From contig JAMCZG010000030.1 in assembly GCA_023485715.1 (NCBI GenBank), positions 1 to 40,664 of the forward strand: a stretch of DNA of 40,664 bases. The letters run 5' to 3'. The translations under genes were made by a program, and so were the position numbers. This document shows positions 35,674 through 40,664 of this stretch, in pieces. This DNA is from Patescibacteria group bacterium. GTDB lineage: Bacteria > Patescibacteriota > Microgenomatia > Levybacterales > UBA12049. Under the pieces are notes generated by a model. It worked only from the letters and a program-made list of their open reading frames with translations, searched no databases and was not told the origin of the DNA. Within the stretch, counting starts at the first letter, position 1, and each line of letters starts with the position of its first letter.

Positions 35674-36320
35674 AAGCAAATAAGCACTACGGTAAAAAAT
35701 ATTATTTATGGCAAAAAAAAATGGGGCAGCTCGCCGCAGATACAGACCTCTGGAAATTTGAAAAATTTATTAATAAAAATGATAAAGTACTCGACTTCGG
35801 CTGCGGTGGGGGATACATATTGGAAAAATTAAACTGTAAAAAAAAATATGGTGTCGAAATTAATCCTGTGGCGATAGAAGAAGCAAAAAAACGGAACATA
35901 GAAATTTTTACAAAAATCGATGATATTCCATTTGCTCTCAGATTTGATTCGATTATTTCTCATCACGCCCTAGAACATATCGAAGATCCTTTTATTGTTT
36001 TAAAGACGTTAAAAAAATATTTAAAAAATAAAGGTAAAATGATTTGGGTTGTACCCATCGACGACTGGAGAATCCAAAAAAAATACACAGAAGATGATAT
36101 TAATCAACACTATTTTACCTGGACGCCTTTGATATTGGGAAATTTATTCGCTCGAGCTGGATATAAAGTGAAAGATATAGAAATTTTTACTCATGTTTGG
36201 ATTCCTTTCAGCAACATTTTTTTAAAAATTATACCTAAACCGATATATTTTTTTCTCTGTAAAATCTGGAGCGCTATTACTTTAAATAGACAGATGAGGA
36301 TAATCGCATTAAAAAAATAA
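35670..36320 (+). CDS. Class I SAM-dependent methyltransferase
   Basis: VLDFGCGGGYILEKL motif I; FDSIISHHALEHIEDP. ATGA overlap with the previous gene. Confidence 0.8.
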   Translation: MKANKHYGKKYYLWQKKMGQLAADTDLWKFEKFINKNDKVLDFGCGGGYILEKLNCKKKYGVEINPVAIEEAKKRNIEIFTKIDDIPFALRFDSIISHHALEHIEDPFIVLKTLKKYLKNKGKMIWVVPIDDWRIQKKYTEDDINQHYFTWTPLILGNLFARAGYKVKDIEIFTHVWIPFSNIFLKIIPKPIYFFLCKIWSAITLNRQMRIIALKK

Positions 36321-36326
36321 ATTACA

Positions 36327-37034
36327 ATGAAAATCGTCTTTTTGCTCTCCCCCCATTTCTTAATAAAATATTATTTATATTCCGATATTAAAAAAATTAC
36401 AGCAAAATATAATTTCAGCGGGTCCATAATTGATGTCGGATGCGGAAACAAACCGTATAAAAAATTATTCAATAAAACCAAATCATATAAAGGAATCGAT
36501 TTTAAAACATATTCAAAAAATTTTTCATTTTATGACGAAAAACCAGATTTTTATTTTGATGAAAAATATAATAAAACCTTTAAATTGCCGTTTAAAACAA
36601 ACAATTTTGACAACGCGTTGTCTTTTCAGGTGTTAGAACATCACAAAAAACCCGAAATTATGATAAAAGAAATTTTAAGAATCATAAAAAAAGGGGGTTT
36701 GTTACTTGTAAGTTTCCCCTTAATTTGGGGACTGCACGAAGAACCAAACGACTACTATAGATTTACAGAATACGGAATGAATGAATTAGTCAAAAAATAC
36801 GGGGGAAAGATTATTACAATAAAAAAACAGGGAGCAATATTCTCGACTGTCTCTGTTTTGGCAAATGATTATTTTGTAAATCTAATACAGAAAAATAGAA
36901 TCTTTTATTTGCTGTTATTTGTTTATCCTGCGCTATTGCTTTTTTCTTATTCGTGCTTAATCTTTGACAAAATTTTTTCTTCAGACAAAGTATTTTTAAA
37001 CTATGTTGCATTGATTAAGAAGGAAAGGGTTTAA
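36327..37034 (+). CDS. Class I SAM-dependent methyltransferase with hydrophobic C-terminal tail
   Basis: IIDVGCGNKPYKKL motif I; FDNALSFQVLEHHKKP. The C-terminus FYLLLFVYPALLLFSYSCLIF is TM-like. Confidence 0.7.
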   Translation: MKIVFLLSPHFLIKYYLYSDIKKITAKYNFSGSIIDVGCGNKPYKKLFNKTKSYKGIDFKTYSKNFSFYDEKPDFYFDEKYNKTFKLPFKTNNFDNALSFQVLEHHKKPEIMIKEILRIIKKGGLLLVSFPLIWGLHEEPNDYYRFTEYGMNELVKKYGGKIITIKKQGAIFSTVSVLANDYFVNLIQKNRIFYLLLFVYPALLLFSYSCLIFDKIFSSDKVFLNYVALIKKERV

Positions 37035-38136
37035 GTTTTTTACTCATACCAACTACTCTTTTTAAAAAAGAATCGTATTTCGTTGCTGTATCGTCCCATG
37101 TGTATTTTGTTGCCTCTTTTCTTTCATACACGCTCATCTCCAGCCTTTTTTTCCTGTTTGTCGAAATATCGACAATAGCCTTTGCTAATCCGTCTATCTG
37201 AAACGGTTTGACTTTTATCGAAGCTTTCTTCTTGATCCATTCCATTTCTGGAATATCAAAACAGACGATCGGCTTACCCAAGGCCATAGATTCCAAAATA
37301 CTTAAGCTTTGCCCCTCAAAACGAAATGGAAAAACAGTAAATTTTGCATTTTTAAAATAATTGTTTTTAGCTGATCCGGATTTTTTGCCAATAATTCTTA
37401 CTCTTTTACCTAAATCATGCTCCTTAATTAATTCTTTTAATGCTTTCTCTTCCGAAATGGACCCTCCGCCGATTATGTATAAGTCGTCCTCTATAATTTT
37501 AGCTGCATCCGAAAATGCCTTTATAAGTAAATCCAGTCCTTTATGATATATATCTATTCTTCCTATATATAGAATGTAATTTTTCTCTTTTGTTTTGTAT
37601 TCTAGATATGTTTTATCGACCCCGTTGGGAATTACAGTCGATATAATACTTGAATTTAAATTTTTCATCTTTATTTGATGAGTCTTATTTAGAGCAATAA
37701 AATAGTTGTAGAATTTTGCGCCTAATTTCTCGATCAGACTGAAATTAATTTTATATTTTTTACGCATTTTCTCTGAAGCAAAAAAAGAAGATAATCCTAT
37801 AATCGGTATTTTAGTAAATAAAGGAGAAAAACATGTTGATATCGGTGCTGTAAAATGTTCTATTGCAACATCGGCGTTAATATTTCTTACAGTGAGAGGA
37901 AGAGAGATTAAATAAAATAAATTATTGAGCTGGGGATTGGACAAAGCAAGTCCGATGTGTTTATAAACAATACCCTCTTCTTCATAGTCTTTATATTTTG
38001 GGTACTTAGAACAGAAAACCGTTACCGAATTTCCCTTTTGGATCAATCTTTTTCCGATTTCTCTTGTTGCCCTTGCTTGTCCGCTGCCCCAATGTGGATT
38101 TTTTAGATTATCGATATCCAGAAATACGATTTTCAT
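37015..38136 (-). CDS. Glycosyltransferase family 4 (GT-B)
   Basis: MKIVFLDIDNLKNPHWGSGQA N-terminus; EGQSLSILESMALGKPIV. The ATG at 38136 forms an ATGA overlap with the upstream GT4 stop, so the longer track start at 38175 is rejected. Confidence 0.75.
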   Translation of the reverse strand: MKIVFLDIDNLKNPHWGSGQARATREIGKRLIQKGNSVTVFCSKYPKYKDYEEEGIVYKHIGLALSNPQLNNLFYLISLPLTVRNINADVAIEHFTAPISTCFSPLFTKIPIIGLSSFFASEKMRKKYKINFSLIEKLGAKFYNYFIALNKTHQIKMKNLNSSIISTVIPNGVDKTYLEYKTKEKNYILYIGRIDIYHKGLDLLIKAFSDAAKIIEDDLYIIGGGSISEEKALKELIKEHDLGKRVRIIGKKSGSAKNNYFKNAKFTVFPFRFEGQSLSILESMALGKPIVCFDIPEMEWIKKKASIKVKPFQIDGLAKAIVDISTNRKKRLEMSVYERKEATKYTWDDTATKYDSFLKRVVGMSKKLKPFPS

Positions 38137-39344
38137 TTCATTAGCTCCAAAAATTTCTCGGCGCTGTTTTGCCAATTAAATTTTTCTGACCACTTTCTTG
38201 CAGAAACAGACATTTTATCCCTTAGTCTTTTGTTTTTAAGAATTAACAAAGTTTTATATGTAAAGTCGTTGATATTATTAGATTCTGCCAAAAACCCCGT
38301 TTCCGGATTGTTCACAGAATCCCGGAGGCCAGGTACATCTGATGCAATAACCGGCACGCCGCAAGCATTCGCCTCGATAGTCGTAATCCCCCAGCCTTCC
38401 ATTAAAGATGGATTCACAAAAACATACGACTTTTGATATAGACGTATTTTTTCTTCTTCTGTGACCCTGCCTAAAAATTTTATTTTTCCTTCAAGATTCA
38501 GCTGGTTTACTATTTTTTTTAGTTTTGATTTTTCTTCTCCGTCTCCCGCGATAATAAATTCTAATTCAGGAATTTCCCTTAACACTCTTTGTGCCAAATA
38601 AATAAAAAATTTTACATTTTTGTACAACTTTAATCTCCCAAGATACAGAATTAATAATTTTCTTCGCCGTTTTCTTGGTCTTAGTGTCTTTGTATCCACT
38701 CCCGGATGGACAATTTCTATGCCGGCTTTGCCCAAATTGAGTCTTTTTATGTCTTTTTTCGAAGAATCGGAGATAGTTATGAACTTAATTTTTTTATAAA
38801 CTAACGGCATTAATCCATTTTCCAAGAAAGAGGCAAACCACGCCAATGGTTTTATTAAAGTTTTTCTAAACACATTCTGATGGACATGAAACATTAAACA
38901 ATATTTTGTCTTTTTTGCGTAAAGCGGCGTGAAGAACGGAATTCCATTTTGACAGTCGATAATAACATCATATTTATTTCGGAACTTTAAAATGTAATAT
39001 AAGAATGCCCATATATAAACAAAATAAAAACCCCCTCGTCTAACTACTGTAATTCCGTCGACGATTTCGTGTGTTTTAGACTTCCCGTCATTTCCACAAA
39101 AGAGAGTGACCGTGTTTCCGAGTTTTACCCACCTTTTCGCCAATTCATAAATATATACCTCAGCCCCTCCCGAATATCTGTGTTTGATATCCCTCCAGTT
39201 AAAAATAAGAATTTTTTTCCTTTCTCCCAAAAGGCTTATTTCTTCTTTTTGCGTGATAAGATCGAAAAAGTCGATAAAAACACGCGCAAAAAATTTAAAA
39301 TGCCATTTAAGAGTTTTAGAACGATGAGCATCCAGTAAATACAT
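38133..39344 (-). CDS. Glycosyltransferase family 4 (GT-B)
   Basis: KILIFNWRDIKHRYSGGAEVY; EGWGITTIEANACGVPVIASDVPGL. The track start at 39350 is a TTG; the first ATG is at 39344. Confidence 0.75.
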   Translation of the reverse strand: MYLLDAHRSKTLKWHFKFFARVFIDFFDLITQKEEISLLGERKKILIFNWRDIKHRYSGGAEVYIYELAKRWVKLGNTVTLFCGNDGKSKTHEIVDGITVVRRGGFYFVYIWAFLYYILKFRNKYDVIIDCQNGIPFFTPLYAKKTKYCLMFHVHQNVFRKTLIKPLAWFASFLENGLMPLVYKKIKFITISDSSKKDIKRLNLGKAGIEIVHPGVDTKTLRPRKRRRKLLILYLGRLKLYKNVKFFIYLAQRVLREIPELEFIIAGDGEEKSKLKKIVNQLNLEGKIKFLGRVTEEEKIRLYQKSYVFVNPSLMEGWGITTIEANACGVPVIASDVPGLRDSVNNPETGFLAESNNINDFTYKTLLILKNKRLRDKMSVSARKWSEKFNWQNSAEKFLELMK

Positions 39345-39361
39345 AGACAATATAATGCCGT

Positions 39362-40390
39362 TTAATCTTTATAGCCTGACAGACTCGAAACGAACAAGTG
39401 GTAGTAATAACTAATCCTTACGCGTCTAGTAATATTTGGGGTAAAAAATTTATCTGGCACTTTTCTTATTGCCTTTATTTTTTTTCTCTCGATTAGTAAT
39501 CGGTCTATATTAAATAGATTCCAAACAATCGCTTTTTGAACCGCAAATGCAAGCGAAAATTTAAGAGTAAAAATATACAAAATAGTTATTACTTCACAAA
39601 ATAAAATATGAACGGGAATAATTTTTATTATGGTTTTTATTTCAAGATTTTTTAAATAAGTCCAAATTCTATTCTTATATGAATGAAATTGAATAAAAGA
39701 GACGTCTAATTCTTTTGCCGTCTCTCCTCCCTTATGATAAATAACAGAATGAGAAACGTAGTAAATTTTACTGCCCGACAGCCAAACTCTATGGCAAAGG
39801 TCTGTTTCTTCGAAATAAGCAAAATAATTTTTATCAAATAAGCCCACTTTTTCGATCACGTCCTTTTTAAGAAGCATGCAGGCACCCTTCATCGAGAATA
39901 TTTCTGCTCCCCGGTTGTATTTTTTTGCATCGGGCTTATTGTGTCCAAAATGATATAAGAATCCACTATTTAAAAGATACGAACCGATAGAATCGATAAT
40001 ATCTTTCCTTGGATAAGATAGTATTTTTGGCTGAACTCCGCCTATCGAAGGATTATGTAATTTTTCTACTAACGGTCCCAAAAAATTATCATCGACGATC
40101 GTGTCGTTGTTTAAAAAAAGAATATATTCACCCGTAGAAAGCGAGTACCCGATGTTATTTCCTTCAGCAAATCCCAAATTTTTTTTGTTCCGTATGACGA
40201 TTAAATTCCCGTTGCTCTTTTTTTCTTTCGCTAAATATTCAAGTGTTCCGTCTTTTGAGCCGTTATCTACAATAATAATTTCGATATTTTTATACTTAAT
40301 TTTTTTTAAGGAATACAAGCATTCTTTAAGATTATTTATATTATTCCAATTTACTATTATTACCGATACCTTTTTTTTATTTTTTTTCAT
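39362..40390 (-). CDS. Glycosyltransferase family 2 with C-terminal TM segment
   Basis: VIIVNWNN, IVDNGSKDGT, NLGFAEGNNIG, LNNDT and FEETDLCHR motifs; hydrophobic IIPVHILFCEVITILYIF. Confidence 0.8.
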   Translation of the reverse strand: MKKNKKKVSVIIVNWNNINNLKECLYSLKKIKYKNIEIIIVDNGSKDGTLEYLAKEKKSNGNLIVIRNKKNLGFAEGNNIGYSLSTGEYILFLNNDTIVDDNFLGPLVEKLHNPSIGGVQPKILSYPRKDIIDSIGSYLLNSGFLYHFGHNKPDAKKYNRGAEIFSMKGACMLLKKDVIEKVGLFDKNYFAYFEETDLCHRVWLSGSKIYYVSHSVIYHKGGETAKELDVSFIQFHSYKNRIWTYLKNLEIKTIIKIIPVHILFCEVITILYIFTLKFSLAFAVQKAIVWNLFNIDRLLIERKKIKAIRKVPDKFFTPNITRRVRISYYYHLFVSSLSGYKD

Positions 40391-40664
40391 TAAAATCTTA
40401 TTTCAACAAAATACTTTAAATAAATAATCTCCGGAATTAATTGCATTTTTCTTCCGATCATTATCGGGAATTTTAAAAATTGTATCAGGGGATAGTAAGT
40501 AGAAAAATTAAGAAAATTTTTGGGTTTTCTCGAATAAATTCTGTCGAATTCTTTTTTTGTCAAACCTAATTTCTCGATAACGTAATCTATAATCTCTTCT
40601 TTATACGGGTAATTCGTATTTTGGATTTCCCTTAATGCTTTTTCTCTTGTTAAAATCCCGCATA
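40390..40664 (-). CDS. C-terminal part of a WbuX-like N-acetyl sugar amidotransferase (N-terminus outside the window)
   Basis: Not in the ORF track; hand translation: ..GILTREKALREIQNTNYPYKEEIIDYVIEKLGLTKKEFDRIYSRKPKNFLNFSTYY...EIRF*. The TAA stop overlaps the next ATG (TAATG). The pattern resembles the C-terminus of the WbuX/TIGR03573 family from memory only. Confidence 0.4.
   Translation of the reverse strand, partial: CGILTREKALREIQNTNYPYKEEIIDYVIEKLGLTKKEFDRIYSRKPKNFLNFSTYYPLIQFLKFPIMIGRKMQLIPEIIYLKYFVEIRF

Noticed and set aside
1-40664. Many 60-140-aa plus-strand ORFs inside minus-strand genes (e.g. 1956..2309, 9601..9891, 15319..15702, 17648..18067, 22644..23072, 32527..32880, 40101..40427) and nested minus-strand ORFs (4702..4920, 22600..22839, 23923..24108, 34186..34371)
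   Set aside because: All lie within longer ORFs with recognisable domains. Their translations are low-complexity and typical of antisense or off-frame reading in AT-rich DNA.
1-40664. Alternative genetic code (e.g. UGA=Gly as in Gracilibacteria/SR1, or stop reassignment) as the explanation for the in-frame TAA at 25206 and the TAG at 23666
   Set aside because: TGA, TAA and TAG all terminate full-length, motif-complete genes here. There are several ATGA junctions, for example at 3391, 12789, 21034, 28299 and 38133. Long ORFs are intact under the standard code, so the two cases are better explained as local lesions or a true stop.
1-40664. Search for CRISPR arrays, tRNA/rRNA genes, transposases/integrases, toxin-antitoxin or phage-defence cassettes
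   Set aside because: No spaced direct-repeat arrays, no cloverleaf-compatible GC-rich segments in the few short intergenic gaps, and no ORF with recombinase, nuclease or toxin motifs were seen. The window is essentially fully occupied by the genes listed.

Overview
AT-rich, gene-dense bacterial window. It holds about 40 protein genes, almost all on the minus strand, with many ATGA or short start/stop overlaps. The standard genetic code fits: TGA, TAA and TAG all act as stops. Gene content and style resemble a Patescibacteria/CPR-type genome, but that is inference only. Left ~7.9 kb: the 5' part of the dcw cluster in canonical order (mraZ-rsmH-ftsL-ftsI-murE), then a partial pgeF. A sigma70-like promoter and a 10-bp-phased AAAGTGG MraZ-box array precede it. 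Two hypotheticals, glyQS and recO lie upstream of the cluster. From ~7.9 kb to the right edge (>32 kb) there is one very large cell-surface glycan locus. It contains a DUF4012 protein, a priming sugar-phosphate transferase and a ManC-type nucleotidyltransferase. It has 5 intact GT4 genes, 1 frameshifted GT4 and 1 N-domain-only GT4 fragment. It has 4 GT2 genes, one of them a GtrB/CsbB-like polyprenyl-phosphate sugar synthase interrupted by an in-frame TAA. It has 5 large GT-C-type membrane proteins: ArnT/PMT-like, an O-antigen-ligase::GT-C fusion, YfhO-like, AftD/DUF3367-like, and a paralog of the fusion's C-terminal half. It also has 5 class I SAM methyltransferases, a hexapeptide acetyltransferase, a DUF523/TudS-like gene and a partial WbuX-like amidotransferase. 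I recognised no rRNA, tRNA, CRISPR array, transposase or defence system. Points worth a second look: the multi-GT-C/methyltransferase architecture with no recognisable exporter, three separate lesions in glycosyltransferase genes, a family of G(A/T)6 heptanucleotide microsatellites embedded in frame in three unrelated genes (one interrupted by a GC-rich palindrome), and a perfect 19-bp palindrome centred on a -10 box. All functional calls rest on motif recognition by eye; no database search was possible.
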